This document shows positions 8,977 to 19,784 of a DNA stretch of 64,000 nt, in pieces; positions within the stretch are counted from its first letter, which is position 1, and every line of letters begins with the position of its first letter. Position numbers and translations under genes: made by a program. The notes below the pieces were generated by a model. The model did not search any database, was not told the DNA's origin, and saw only the letters and a list, made by a program, of their open reading frames with translations. Source of the stretch: an uncultured cyanobacterium (lineage in GTDB: Bacteria; Cyanobacteriota; Cyanobacteriia; Cyanobacteriales; CAWCAG01); the NCBI GenBank assembly GCA_963793425.1, contig CAWCAG010000009.1, forward strand, positions 64,001-128,000, in the 5' to 3' direction.

Positions 8977-9900
8977 TTATGACTCCTTACTCAAAGAAAC
9001 TGTTGTAATCCAATCTTGATACTGTGAATCTTGATTTTCTGTAATCGCTGTCAACTTATCTCGCAACCTTTCCGCTAGGGGCTTAGCTTCCGGTAAGTGA
9101 TAAGTTTCAATACGGTTAACGGGGGTTATTTTCGCTGCTGTGCCGCAGAGAAATACTTCATCGGCAATGAGTAATTCTGACTTATCAACGGCTCTTTCTC
9201 TAACCGTAAGACCTAAATCTTGAGCAATAGTAATAATGCTATCCCGCGTAATTCCTTCGAGGATATCTTGATCTAAACTAGGGGTGATAATTTGCTCGTT
9301 TCTAACTAAGAAAATGTTCATCCCGGAAGCTTCACAAACTTTCCCTTGAGAGTTCATTAAAATCGCTTCATCAAAACCAGATTCTACGGCCTCTGTCTTC
9401 GCTAGGGAAGAAGTAATATAAGCAGCGCTAATTTTGCCCCGCAGAGGAAAACTACGGTCTTCTTGGCGATACCAGGAACTAATACGACAATTTACCCCTC
9501 CTGGAGATAGGTAATCTCCTAACTCTAAACCATAAACAAAGAAGTCTTTTTCAATTTGATGGAGTCGAGGTGAAATTCCTAAACCGGAAGTATAAACCAA
9601 AGGTCGAATATAAAAGTTGTTTTGTGGTTGATTTTTCTTGATAAAATCAATAATAATTGATTCAATTTTATCAGCAGGTAAATCGTAATTTAAAAACTTA
9701 GCGCTATTGCTTAATCTTTGGCAGTGACGATCTAATCTAAATAAAAGAACTTCCTGAGAATTGCTCTGATTAATGATGCCACGCATTCCTCCGAAAGCTC
9801 CTGTACCATAATGTAGGGCATGAGTAGCTATGGATAGCTGTGCTTCCGGGAAAGGTAGAAACTTGTTTTGAAAGTAAGCAATAGGTAGGAAATTATGCAT
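8977..9900 (-). CDS. ilvE: Branched-chain amino acid aminotransferase
   Basis: ALHYGTGAFGG, LFRLDRH, GKISAAY, EASGMNIF, ILEGITRDS, ADEVFLCGTAA. Confidence 0.95.
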   Translation of the reverse strand: MHNFLPIAYFQNKFLPFPEAQLSIATHALHYGTGAFGGMRGIINQSNSQEVLLFRLDRHCQRLSNSAKFLNYDLPADKIESIIIDFIKKNQPQNNFYIRPLVYTSGLGISPRLHQIEKDFFVYGLELGDYLSPGGVNCRISSWYRQEDRSFPLRGKISAAYITSSLAKTEAVESGFDEAILMNSQGKVCEASGMNIFLVRNEQIITPSLDQDILEGITRDSIITIAQDLGLTVRERAVDKSELLIADEVFLCGTAAKITPVNRIETYHLPEAKPLAERLRDKLTAITENQDSQYQDWITTVSLSKES

Positions 9901-10126
9901 AGTATTTTTTGATAAAATGTAGGAGCGCTCAACAAATATAAGCTAGCTGTGGTAGTTAGTCAAAAATGTCATAACTTGGTATATCTGCGATCGCAGAGTT
10001 AGAGAGTATTTCATTCCTCTGGTGAAAATCATTCCTGCTCTCAACTCTAAGTTAGGTTAATCTAAATTTATAGAGTTTCAACTTAGTGATGGAAATTTCT
10101 AGGAAATCCTTTACCTGAATCAGATT

Positions 10127-11644
10127 ATGAAGCAGCCCTATTTTGATATAATTGTTATTGGCGGTGGTATTAATGGCGCAGGTATTGCCCGTGATGCTCA
10201 GGGCAGAGGACTATCTGTTTACCTCTGTGAAAAAGACGACCTTGCCAGCGCCACCTCTTCAGCAAGTAGCAAACTGATTCACGGTGGGCTACGTTATCTT
10301 GAGTATTACGAATTTTCTTTGGTGCGTAAGGCCCTGAAAGAAAGAGAAGTATTGTTAGCAATGGCCCCTCATATTATTTGGCCACTCCGATTTATCTTAC
10401 CCCATAATCAACATCAACGCCCAGCTTGGCTGATTCGCCTCGGCTTATTCCTTTACGACCATTTAGCAAAGCGTAAAGTTCTATCTGGTTCAAAACAAGT
10501 CAACTTACATAAGCATACTGCTGGCAATCCCTTACAAGATAAACATAAAATTGCTTTTGCCTATTCTGACTGTTGGGTTCAGGATGCACGTCTCACAGTA
10601 CTTAATGCCGTCGATGCCCAAAATCGCGGGGCGACTATTGAAACTCGTACAGAATGTCTTAAAGCACAACGTGTCAATGATCTTTGGGAAGTTACCGTCC
10701 GGGATACAGAAACTGGACAAGAAAAAGTTCTCTTAAGCAAGGCTATAGTCAACGCTACTGGACCTTGGGTTGCTAGCCTGATGGATGAGAAAAAGATCGC
10801 CGTTGAGAATACAAAACAACTGCGTTTAGTCAAAGGAAGCCATATTGTCACCAAAAAACTCTTTGACCACAACTATTGCTATATTTTTCAGAATGATGAT
10901 GGTCGAATTGTTTTCGCCATTCCTTATGAAAGCGATTATACCTTAATCGGAACCACAGAAGTTGATTACCAGGATGATCCAGGAAAAGCAACACCAAACG
11001 ATGCAGAAAAAGCTTATTTGTGCGAAGTGAGTAACGACTATTTCCAAACCTCTATTACTCCCCAAGACATTATCTGGTCTTATGCTGGTGTACGTCCCCT
11101 TTTTGATGATGCGGTTGATGATGCTTCGGCAGCAACACGAGACTATGTATTTGATATCCAAGATGTAGACGGGAAAGCGCCAATTTTGTCAATTTTTGGT
11201 GGCAAAATCACCACTTTCCGTAGACTCGCAGAAAGTGCGGTTGAGCAATTATCTGCTTACTTTGATCATCCTGCCAAAAACTGGACAGCAACGGCCCCTC
11301 TTCCAGGAGGCGATCTTGATGGACTTTCTTTTGATGCTTTTGTTGAGGCTAAACAAAGTCAGTATTCCTGGGCATCCCCCAAGATGATTTATCGGCTATG
11401 TCGAGAATACGGTAGTTGTATCGATTCTTTGTTAGCAGGATGTAGCAGTGTATCTGAGTTGGGTGAACATTTTGGCCACAACTTCTATGAGGCAGAAGCA
11501 AATTATTTGGCAACTTATGAATTTGCTAAAACAGCAGATGATATTTTGTGGCGACGTTCAAAACTTGGTTTACATTTGACGATTCAGGAGAGGGAAAGAT
11601 TTAGGAGTATGTTTGAAAAGGAGTTAGCAAAAAGTGAGCAATGA
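10127..11644 (+). CDS. glpD: FAD-dependent aerobic glycerol-3-phosphate dehydrogenase
   Basis: IGGGINGAGIARDA.GRGL, DLASATSSASSKLIHGGLRYLE, KGSHIV, GVRPL, GGKITTFR, DILWRRSKLGL. Confidence 0.95.
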   Translation: MKQPYFDIIVIGGGINGAGIARDAQGRGLSVYLCEKDDLASATSSASSKLIHGGLRYLEYYEFSLVRKALKEREVLLAMAPHIIWPLRFILPHNQHQRPAWLIRLGLFLYDHLAKRKVLSGSKQVNLHKHTAGNPLQDKHKIAFAYSDCWVQDARLTVLNAVDAQNRGATIETRTECLKAQRVNDLWEVTVRDTETGQEKVLLSKAIVNATGPWVASLMDEKKIAVENTKQLRLVKGSHIVTKKLFDHNYCYIFQNDDGRIVFAIPYESDYTLIGTTEVDYQDDPGKATPNDAEKAYLCEVSNDYFQTSITPQDIIWSYAGVRPLFDDAVDDASAATRDYVFDIQDVDGKAPILSIFGGKITTFRRLAESAVEQLSAYFDHPAKNWTATAPLPGGDLDGLSFDAFVEAKQSQYSWASPKMIYRLCREYGSCIDSLLAGCSSVSELGEHFGHNFYEAEANYLATYEFAKTADDILWRRSKLGLHLTIQERERFRSMFEKELAKSEQ

Positions 11645-11648
11645 GAAA

Positions 11649-11774
11649 TACAGCAATTCTTAGTAAGCGTGAGGTACAGCCTAGATTCTGGTTTTTGCTA
11701 ATAGCTAGTTGCTGGTTGCTAGTTGAAACATGGAAATAGAGCAAATGTACCTCATCAGTCCGAGAAAGGCTATA
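11649..11774 (-). mobile_element. MITE-like palindromic element, copy B (inverted relative to copy A)
   Basis: TACAGCAATTCTTAG..TGAGGTACAGCC ... TGTACCTCATCAGTCCGAGAAAGGCTATA; starts 4 bp after the glpD stop. Confidence 0.85.
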
Positions 11775-11873
11775 CATAAAAGAGCGGGCATTATAATAAT
11801 GAAAATGATAATGTAATTATATTTCGATATTTTGTAGAGTTATTCATAAAATATTAGTAATATAGATACTGCT

Positions 11874-12212
11874 CTAAGAATTGCCAATTTCTACAATAAT
11901 TTCTCCTTGACGCAGTTGTTCTAAAGCTTCAGAAAAAGTAGTAGTCAGTATATTTCTAAGATTGCGATTTGTGACGTTACCACAGGTTATCCACAGAATT
12001 TGAGGAGGCGCTCCCAATCTACACACTAAATCAATAAAATCACTATCTTTTGTCATAATTACAGCATTCTCGTCTCGTGCTGCTTCAAAGATTTCCATAT
12101 CTTGAGCATCTCGTAGTCCCAATTCCTGCAATGTCATGGCTTCTATGCTAAAAGTTTCCCTAAGCCATTGTGCTAGTGTTGGAGGTAATTGAGCATTAAT
12201 CCAAATTTTCAT
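11874..12212 (-). CDS. DUF5615 PIN-like (VapC45-type) toxin
   Basis: MKIWINAQLPP, D.EIFEAA, IMTKDSDF, LWITCGN; ATGA overlap with the DUF433 gene. Confidence 0.85.
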   Translation of the reverse strand: MKIWINAQLPPTLAQWLRETFSIEAMTLQELGLRDAQDMEIFEAARDENAVIMTKDSDFIDLVCRLGAPPQILWITCGNVTNRNLRNILTTTFSEALEQLRQGEIIVEIGNS

Positions 12213-12448
12213 GCTGTTAGCCTGGGAAAATCAGTGCGTCGTGCAGCAAAAAGTAGACAAGCCTGAACATCAGCTAATTCTAAATCAGGAAAGTCTTCTA
12301 AAATTTCAGTAACATTGACATTCTCAGCCAACATTTCCAAAATATCAGTAACTCGGATTCGCATTCCCCTAATGCAGGGACGACCACCACACTGACCAGG
12401 TACTTGGGTGATACGATTTAACAGGCTATTCTGGGAATTTGTGGGCAT
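12209..12448 (-). CDS. DUF433 antitoxin
   Basis: RIT..PG.CGGRPCIRGMRI.V..IL..LA......IL.DFPDL...D..ACL.FA. Confidence 0.92.
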   Translation of the reverse strand: MPTNSQNSLLNRITQVPGQCGGRPCIRGMRIRVTDILEMLAENVNVTEILEDFPDLELADVQACLLFAARRTDFPRLTA

Positions 12449-12562
12449 ATTTATAAGTAGCTTGATTGTTTTCCTATTTTATCGACTAATTCAGTGCAGA
12501 TAAAAGGTTTAGCAATACAAGATAAGTAGCAAAGTCATGCTGGAAGCTAATAAGCTTCAAGG

Positions 12563-14704
12563 TTACTCTTTCTCTTCCTTCTTCAACCTCCGCCACCAAG
12601 CCCTAACCAAACTAATCTCCTCATAAGAATAAAAATCTCCAATCGACTCCCGAATTGCTTTTAACGAATCTCCCCCCACCTTTTCAAGCGCAGCTATAAT
12701 CACTTCTTGCTTCTCTTTAACTACCAAACGCTCTAATTCTACAGGCTGATTTAACTCAATTAACTCGCATAAATGATTGACAATTGTTCGGGGAGTAAAA
12801 CCTCTTTTTTTTGCTATTTCTTCTACATCCAAACCCTGTTGAAACAACCCGAATGTATTCATTTGCGTATTGTTGGGCAGGGCTTCCGGGGGTTGCTGTT
12901 CCTGACAAAAGGCGCGAATCTCAGAAACAAAGCGATCGCCATATTGCTTCAGTTTATAATCCCCGACTCCAGAAATGTTGCTAAAAGCTGGTAAGGATTG
13001 AGGTTGCTTTTGCGCCATTAATTTTAAGGTAGAATCACCGAAAACTACATAGGGAGCAACACCTTGTTGATCAGCAGTTTGTTTCCTCAATCTCCGCAAA
13101 CGCTCAAATAGTAACTCTGCTTCCATTGTCCTAGGATTAGCATCTGCAAGCTCTTTGGAGGCTGGCTTTTTGGTAATTGCAATGTTCACCTCACGTTGAC
13201 TCCGCAACACCTCCCAACTACGCTTATTCAACTTGAGGATGCGATACCCATCGGTGGTTTGGTTAACTAGGCCCTGATGAAGGAGCGATCGCGCTAACAT
13301 TTTCCAAGCATCAGCAGTTTTATCTTTACCGATACCATAAGTAGAAAGGAGGTGATGCCCATATTGTTGCACCTTTTGTTTCCTTGAACCCCGCAACACA
13401 TCAATAATGTGGTTTGTACCAAACTTTTCTCGACATCGGGCTACACAGGAAAGAAACTTTTGTGCTTCAATTGTCCAATCTTCAATAGGCTTAGGGTTGC
13501 GGCAATTATCGCAGTTGTCGCAGTTGCCTTTGAATCTTTCTCCAAAGTAACCTAAAACAATAGTGCGGCGACAGTCTGTACCTTCGGCGTAATCAATGAT
13601 TTGAGCGAGTTGTTGACGCGATACTCTTTGTTCATTGGGGTCTGGTTTTTGAGCAATGAGGTAATCGATTCTGGGGATATCTCCCGCGCTGTAGAAAAAG
13701 AGACAATCTGCCGGTTCCCCATCCCTGCCTGCCCGGCCGGATTCTTGATAATAACCTTCTAAATTCCTGGGCAGATCGTAGTGGATCACAAACCGCACAT
13801 CTGGTTTGTCAATGCCCATACCAAAAGCAATAGTTGCTACCATTATTCTTACATCGTCCCGAATAAAGCGAGTTTGGTTCATTGCCCGCGCCTCACTTTG
13901 CATTCCTGCATGGTAAGGTAGTGCTTTAATGCCATCACTTTGTAAACGGTTTGCAGTTTCTTCTACCTGACGACGACTAAGACAATAAATAATTCCTGAA
14001 CCTTGGCGATCCCGTACTGCTTTCAATAGTTGCCCATAGCTGTTGCGTTGCTTTTGTTGTACTTCATAGTAAAGATTTGGGCGATCAAAACTGGCTAAAT
14101 GAATGCTAGGCTCTTTTAAACCAAGCTGTTGGACAATATCTTCCTTAACTCGCTTTGTTGCTGTAGCAGTGAGGGCAATGACGGGAATGCGTGGGTAACG
14201 CTTCCTCAAAAGCCTAAGCTGACGGTATTCTGGGCGAAAATCATGACCCCACTCCGAAACGCAATGAGCCTCATCAATGGCAAACGCAGAGATACCTAAT
14301 TGCATAGATACTAAATCTAAAAAAGGCAGAAATCTTTCCCCCAACAATCTTTCAGGGGCGACATAAAGTAATTTCACCTTTCCTGCCAAAATTTCCTGTT
14401 CTCGCTCTCGTATTTCCCGACCTTTCAAACTACTATTAAGAAAGGTTGCCCCAATGCCATTATCATACAAAGTATCTACTTGGTCTTGCATCAAAGCAAT
14501 CAGGGGAGAAACCACCACCGTTAAACCAGGTTTTAATAGGGCAGGTAACTGGAAACAGAGAGACTTTCCCCCTCCTGTAGGCATAATCACCAGTAAATCC
14601 TTATTTTGCAACGCTTCTTCAACAATTTGACGTTGCCCAGGGCGAAAATTATCGTAACCGAAGTAATGTTTAAGTTCTTGCTCCAGAGATTGCAACTGGT
14701 ACAT
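12563..14704 (-). CDS. recQ: ATP-dependent DNA helicase RecQ
   Basis: [36 protein letters not shown], Zn-binding Cys cluster, RQC and HRDC domains. Confidence 0.97.
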   Translation of the reverse strand: MYQLQSLEQELKHYFGYDNFRPGQRQIVEEALQNKDLLVIMPTGGGKSLCFQLPALLKPGLTVVVSPLIALMQDQVDTLYDNGIGATFLNSSLKGREIREREQEILAGKVKLLYVAPERLLGERFLPFLDLVSMQLGISAFAIDEAHCVSEWGHDFRPEYRQLRLLRKRYPRIPVIALTATATKRVKEDIVQQLGLKEPSIHLASFDRPNLYYEVQQKQRNSYGQLLKAVRDRQGSGIIYCLSRRQVEETANRLQSDGIKALPYHAGMQSEARAMNQTRFIRDDVRIMVATIAFGMGIDKPDVRFVIHYDLPRNLEGYYQESGRAGRDGEPADCLFFYSAGDIPRIDYLIAQKPDPNEQRVSRQQLAQIIDYAEGTDCRRTIVLGYFGERFKGNCDNCDNCRNPKPIEDWTIEAQKFLSCVARCREKFGTNHIIDVLRGSRKQKVQQYGHHLLSTYGIGKDKTADAWKMLARSLLHQGLVNQTTDGYRILKLNKRSWEVLRSQREVNIAITKKPASKELADANPRTMEAELLFERLRRLRKQTADQQGVAPYVVFGDSTLKLMAQKQPQSLPAFSNISGVGDYKLKQYGDRFVSEIRAFCQEQQPPEALPNNTQMNTFGLFQQGLDVEEIAKKRGFTPRTIVNHLCELIELNQPVELERLVVKEKQEVIIAALEKVGGDSLKAIRESIGDFYSYEEISLVRAWWRRLKKEEKE

Positions 14705-14774
14705 AGGAGATTTGTGCTCTGATGATCTGGAGTTATTTTACCAAGAAAAAATGCCTTTAGGACTTAAATAGTAC

Positions 14775-15236
14775 CTATTGCTGCTTAGCTTTCTTTTCTA
14801 AATACTGTTGATGATAATCTTCAGCAAGATAAAATTGACAAGCAGGTTTTATTTCTGTCACAATTTTGTTTTGATATTTACCGGACTTCTCTAATTCTGC
14901 TTTAGAAGCTAGAGCAGTAGTTTCTTGTTCGTGATTGTGGTAAAAAATTACTGAACGGTATTGTTCTCCCCGATCTGCTCCCTGGCGATTTAAGGTAGTG
15001 GGATCGTGGATTTGCCAAAAAATGTTGAGCAATTCTGTATAACTAATTTCTTGGCAATTATATTCTATTTGTACAGCTTCTGCATGGCCTGTAATTCTCG
15101 CACAGACATCAAGATATATAGGGTTTTCAAAATGTCCTCCGGTATAACCAACAGTGGTATAAATAACTCCTTTAACTTGACGAAATTTGTCTTCAACTCC
15201 CCAAAAACAACCGGCGGCAAATGTAGCTTTGTCCAT
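14775..15236 (-). CDS. msrA: Peptide-methionine (S)-S-oxide reductase
   Basis: AAGCFWGVE, GHAEAV, HDPT..NRQG.D.G.QYRS, AEDYHQQY. Confidence 0.96.
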   Translation of the reverse strand: MDKATFAAGCFWGVEDKFRQVKGVIYTTVGYTGGHFENPIYLDVCARITGHAEAVQIEYNCQEISYTELLNIFWQIHDPTTLNRQGADRGEQYRSVIFYHNHEQETTALASKAELEKSGKYQNKIVTEIKPACQFYLAEDYHQQYLEKKAKQQ

Positions 15237-15273
15237 AAAAGCTCCTAAATTAATTGGTAGAACCTATTTTAAT

Positions 15274-16536
15274 TCACAAGCAATTAAACAAAGTTGACAA
15301 AACTGTATTAGAAAACAAAAAACCTTCAGGATCACTCAAACACAAATATCCAAAATCTGGTAAACTCTCCCTATTTTTCATCTCAATTTTCTGACCATTA
15401 TCTCCTCTTACTTCCACCCAGCCGCAACTATAATAATCCCGTAAGCAAGAATGTAACTTAAGCAAAACTTCCTTCCCAAACTGCTGGCGAATATTAATTA
15501 AACTTACCCCTTCTTTAAGACGCAAACCTAACATCAAAGTCTCTAAAAGAACATCTTCCGGGCAGGTTTGAGGACAATCAATTATTCCTCCTCCATCTAG
15601 CCAATCATAATATTCTCTTCTGGTACGAGGGCGAGTAAATCTTTGAGAGGTAACATAACTCGCTGCCCCCATACCAAAACCGTAGTAGGGTTGATTTTGC
15701 CAATAAACTTGGTTGTGACGACATTGAAATCCTGGTTTAGCATAGTTAGAGATTTCATAATGCAGATATCCGGCACTACCCAGAACTTCCTGTGCCAAAC
15801 GATACATCATTGCTGTGGTTTCATCATTTGGTAAAGGTTTAACCCCTGGTTGATACTGTTTACCAAAAGCTGTTACGGTTTCCAACACCAAATCGTAGCA
15901 GGAGAGATGATTCGGTGCTAAATCTACTGCTGCGGTTAAAGAAGCTTGCCACTGACTCAAACTTTGATGGGGTAAACCGGAAATTAAATCTAAACTAAGG
16001 TTGGCTATCCCCCCTTGTCGAATCAACTCCACCGCTGTGAAAATATCAGTAGTGGAATGCGATCGCCCGCAAGTTGTTAAAAGTTCATCTTGAAAAGCTT
16101 GTACTCCTAAACTAACGCGGTTAATTCCTGCTTGTTTATAACCTTGGATTTTTTCTAAGGTAAAAGTTCCCGGATCGACTTCTATGGAGATTTCTGCAGC
16201 TTGAGCAATCCCAAAATGTTGCTCCAAAACCTGCAAAATAGCCCCAAGCTGTTCTACAGCTAGTAAAGAAGGAGTTCCCCCGCCAAAAAAGACTGTTTGC
16301 AACTTTTCTGGCCCCACTTTGGGTGTTGCCCTAATTTCCTGGTTAAGCTTACTAACGTAGCGTTCAATAGAATTGCGAGGATTATTAGTCACAGAATCCC
16401 CTAAAACGGCTACAGGAAAATCGCAATAGTAACAACGGCGGCGACAAAAGGGAATATGAATATAGGCAGAAGTAGGGATAATTGTGGTAGCGAGTTGCTT
16501 AGGTTTCTGGGCAAAATCTCCTTCTTTTACTGGCAT
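15274..16536 (-). CDS. hemW: Radical SAM heme chaperone HemW (HemN-like)
   Basis: YIHIPFCRRRCYYCDF, FGGGTPS, HYEISNYA, HNQVYW; start uncertain. Confidence 0.9.
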   Translation of the reverse strand: MPVKEGDFAQKPKQLATTIIPTSAYIHIPFCRRRCYYCDFPVAVLGDSVTNNPRNSIERYVSKLNQEIRATPKVGPEKLQTVFFGGGTPSLLAVEQLGAILQVLEQHFGIAQAAEISIEVDPGTFTLEKIQGYKQAGINRVSLGVQAFQDELLTTCGRSHSTTDIFTAVELIRQGGIANLSLDLISGLPHQSLSQWQASLTAAVDLAPNHLSCYDLVLETVTAFGKQYQPGVKPLPNDETTAMMYRLAQEVLGSAGYLHYEISNYAKPGFQCRHNQVYWQNQPYYGFGMGAASYVTSQRFTRPRTRREYYDWLDGGGIIDCPQTCPEDVLLETLMLGLRLKEGVSLINIRQQFGKEVLLKLHSCLRDYYSCGWVEVRGDNGQKIEMKNRESLPDFGYLCLSDPEGFLFSNTVLSTLFNCL

Positions 16537-16872
16537 GAAGGTTAGCAATCCTTAATTCAAAGTTAATAGTTGTTAATTTACTTAATTTTCTGCAATTCTT
16601 GAAGCAGCCACTTTACTTACTTGCTAACTAAGAAAGAGATTTTTAGTTAAGAAGATGAAAAAGCCCCATCTTTGCTCTTGGTAAGGCATTACCCGATTAT
16701 CCTTAAGCATAAATTCGAGTGGCTAGTTGAGATCGTTTTCTACATGAGAACTATTATCTGCGTGAAGTTCCTGACATTATTAGGAACAAGGACAAAGATA
16801 TAATAAATTAAGGGCATTTGATCTCGCTTTTATCGCATTTCAGCAACAGAAATTGCTCTTACTTTTTATTGG

Positions 16873-17961
16873 ATGAGAAAGATGCTTGATGCTGTCATCA
16901 TATTATTATTCATTTTCGCTGCTGCTGGCATTGGTTTCTCTGGTGTAGAACTGTTGCCGGTAAGAGTGTTAGACCAAGTTACCAACGTTGAAGCCTTACG
17001 ATGGGTAACAGCCGGTTTTGCTGCCTTGGTTGGGTTAGCAACAGGCTTAGCGGCTCAAACTACCTACCGCCGCGTAGAAAGCCGAGTTAGAAGACTGCCT
17101 ATTGAGGTTATCTTCACCCGCGCCATTGGTTTAGCCATCGGCTTATTGTTAGCTAACTTGATGCTAGCTCCTATTTTCTTGCTTCCTATACCAGAAAAGC
17201 TAGCTTTTGTCAAACCAGCTCTAGCTATTTTAGGGAGTATTGTGTTTGCCTTTTTAGGAATTGGCCTAGCCGACACCCACGGCCGTAATTTTCTGAGATT
17301 GATTAACCCCAACAATGTCGAAAGTATCTTAGTTGCCGAAGGCACTCTCAAATCCGCCACATCTAAAGTTGTAGACACAAGCTGCATCATCGATGGACGT
17401 ATTGAAGAATTATTAAACACAGGTTTCATCGAAGGTCAAATCCTCATTCCTCAATTTGTTTTACAGGAATTACAACAATTAGCTGATGCTGCTAATGACC
17501 AAAAACGTATTCGCGGCAGACGAGGACTAGATATCCTCAACCGAATGCAGGAAGCCTATCCAGAAAGACTGATCGTTAATTCTGCTGATTATGATGATCT
17601 GACGACAGTAGATGCTAAATTAGTACGCTTTGCCCAGGAAATTAATAGTACCCTGTTAACCAACGATTACAACTTAAGCAAAGTAGCCAACCTGCAAAAA
17701 GTTCCGGTACTCAATATCAATGATTTAGCTAAAGCTATACGTCCCATTTACTTACCAGGAGATAGCTTAGAACTGAAAATTATCAAAAAAGGCAAAGAAC
17801 CAACCCAAGGAGTTGGTTACTTGGAAGATGGAACCATGGTAGTAGTAGAAGAAGGAAAAAGTTACTTAGGAGATGAACTCCAAGTTATCGTCACCTCAGC
17901 CCTGCAAACCTCTGCGGGGAGAATGATTTTCGCTAAACCAGAAACTTCAGTAGTAGCTTAA
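16873..17961 (+). CDS. PIN/TRAM domain membrane protein (YacL-like)
   Basis: 4 TMs, DTSCIIDGRI, RGRRGLDIL, TNDYNL, GVGYLEDGTMVVVE, QTSAGRMIF. Confidence 0.92.
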   Translation: MRKMLDAVIILLFIFAAAGIGFSGVELLPVRVLDQVTNVEALRWVTAGFAALVGLATGLAAQTTYRRVESRVRRLPIEVIFTRAIGLAIGLLLANLMLAPIFLLPIPEKLAFVKPALAILGSIVFAFLGIGLADTHGRNFLRLINPNNVESILVAEGTLKSATSKVVDTSCIIDGRIEELLNTGFIEGQILIPQFVLQELQQLADAANDQKRIRGRRGLDILNRMQEAYPERLIVNSADYDDLTTVDAKLVRFAQEINSTLLTNDYNLSKVANLQKVPVLNINDLAKAIRPIYLPGDSLELKIIKKGKEPTQGVGYLEDGTMVVVEEGKSYLGDELQVIVTSALQTSAGRMIFAKPETSVVA

Positions 17962-17963
17962 GA

Positions 17964-19205
17964 TTACTCCTGCAACTTAGTTTTAGAAACAATACGGGTT
18001 TTCTTGCGCTCAGCATCAGAAAGATTTTCTCCTGACTGTAAGCGAGTCGCGCTAGTTTGTAGCACAGTCGCTGCCCCCTCATCTCCCATTTGAATCGCTG
18101 TTTTTGCCGCAGTTTGTAACATAGTTGCGGCCCCCGCACGATCCCCTTGCTGCAATTTTGTTTCCGCAATTTTGGTTTGACGATATTTTGCCAAAGCTAA
18201 AATCGACTTTTTCACACTAGGGTTATTAGCTGGTTGATAAGCTGCTTGAGATTGCGCCTCGACAAAAACCGCTTCTGAAAGTAAAGCTTCTTTGCCCAAA
18301 GCCGGATCATCATAACGCACTTGTACTTTAGCCAGATTCTGAGGACCAGGGGGAAATTGATTAATATAAAGGTTAGCTAAAATAACTCGTTCTGCATCAG
18401 TCATCAAATCACCAATACGGACAAGAAAACTTTCTCCCTCAGTTTGTACTGGCAATTCAACAGTTTCTGGTGCAACTTGGGCAATAGGTTTCAGTTCTGC
18501 TAAACGTACCCCTGGCATTAAATTAAAAATCAAATAAGCATTGGTTAAACCAACAGACTGAACCCTTTCAAACAAGCGTCCAAACTCATCTAAAGCTTGT
18601 TCTGGGCGTTCAATATAGGCTAAAGTTCCCCCCGCCACATCAGCAATATTTTCTAAAACATCTTGGTTCCAATGATTGCCAAACCCCATGGTATTCAAAG
18701 TTACGTTTTCTTGGGAAGCTAACTCAGCAAATTGTAAACAGCGTTCATTATCTCCATGTTCATTTTCCCCATCTGTCAGCAAAAAGATTTGCGAAGCTGT
18801 ATCCTTTTTACCCTTAGCTATTTCTTGGAGTCCCAGTTTCATGCCCTCATCAATAGCTGTTCCTCCATCAGCATCCAACTTCTTGATCTGCTTTTTCACA
18901 TAATTAACATTATCAACGCTCTGATTATCAATCAGCACCTTAGCACGATGATCAAAAGCCACTATTGAAAGGCGATCGCTAGGCTTCAAACGCTCAACAA
19001 GACTCATAGCTGCCTTTTTTACTGTTTCCATAGGACGACCCCCCATAGAGCCGCTATGATCGAGTACTAAGCAAAGATTTAAAGGCAAACTCTCATCTAA
19101 TCCCCCTGCCACAGCAGAAATGGAAACCGATAGCTGACGCTGACTAGCAGCTTGATTAGCATCAATATGGGAATCATTCAAAATAGGTTGTAAACCAACT
19201 TTCAT
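17964..19205 (-). CDS. VWA domain protein
   Basis: MIDAS LDHSGSM, GGTAI, LLTDGE. Confidence 0.9.
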   Translation of the reverse strand: MKVGLQPILNDSHIDANQAASQRQLSVSISAVAGGLDESLPLNLCLVLDHSGSMGGRPMETVKKAAMSLVERLKPSDRLSIVAFDHRAKVLIDNQSVDNVNYVKKQIKKLDADGGTAIDEGMKLGLQEIAKGKKDTASQIFLLTDGENEHGDNERCLQFAELASQENVTLNTMGFGNHWNQDVLENIADVAGGTLAYIERPEQALDEFGRLFERVQSVGLTNAYLIFNLMPGVRLAELKPIAQVAPETVELPVQTEGESFLVRIGDLMTDAERVILANLYINQFPPGPQNLAKVQVRYDDPALGKEALLSEAVFVEAQSQAAYQPANNPSVKKSILALAKYRQTKIAETKLQQGDRAGAATMLQTAAKTAIQMGDEGAATVLQTSATRLQSGENLSDAERKKTRIVSKTKLQE

Positions 19206-19347
19206 AATTATTTAGCTCCTGGATGAAGTATCTATTTAGTTTATATACATAGCCCAATGACAAAATACTGGGCATATTTCCCAGAATAGCCTGCTCACAA
19301 CGGAGATCGGTAGGCAATCAGTTAATTTAGGTTAAAGGTTGTACTTC

Positions 19348-19779
19348 TTAGCCCTTAATAGTACGTCGTTTGTCTAGCCAGCGTTGTAAAATAATTGCTG
19401 CTGCCTTGCGGTCAATGGTTGCTTTATTGCGGGAAACAGAAACTTTTTGTCCCTTCATTTGTTGCTCTGCTTCAACAGAAGTCAAACGTTCATCAACATA
19501 CTCTATGGGCAAATCAAGAGCAGTTGAGATTCTTTGGCTAAATTTCTGCACTTGGCGGGCTTGAAATCCTAATTCCCCAGCCATAGTGTAGGGAAGCCCA
19601 ACTACTAATAATTGTACTTCCCTAGCTTCAGCAATCTCTCTAAGCTGTTCCACATCAGCTTGAAAGGAGGTTCGCTTAATAGTAGTTAAGCCTGTGGCAA
19701 TTAAACCTGTACCATCACATCCGGCGACACCCACCCGCTTTTTTCCTACATCTAACCCTAATACAGAGACTTTCTCCAT
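19348..19779 (-). CDS. ruvX: YqgF/RuvX pre-16S rRNA nuclease
   Basis: LGLDVGKKRVGVA, VVGLP, DERLTS, D..AA..IL. Confidence 0.93.
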   Translation of the reverse strand: MEKVSVLGLDVGKKRVGVAGCDGTGLIATGLTTIKRTSFQADVEQLREIAEAREVQLLVVGLPYTMAGELGFQARQVQKFSQRISTALDLPIEYVDERLTSVEAEQQMKGQKVSVSRNKATIDRKAAAIILQRWLDKRRTIKG

Positions 19780-19784
19780 TTTCC

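Noticed and set aside
8669..9019. 116-aa ORF as a real gene
   Set aside because: Overlaps the ilvE end; only a signal-peptide-like piece with a repeat insertion is credible
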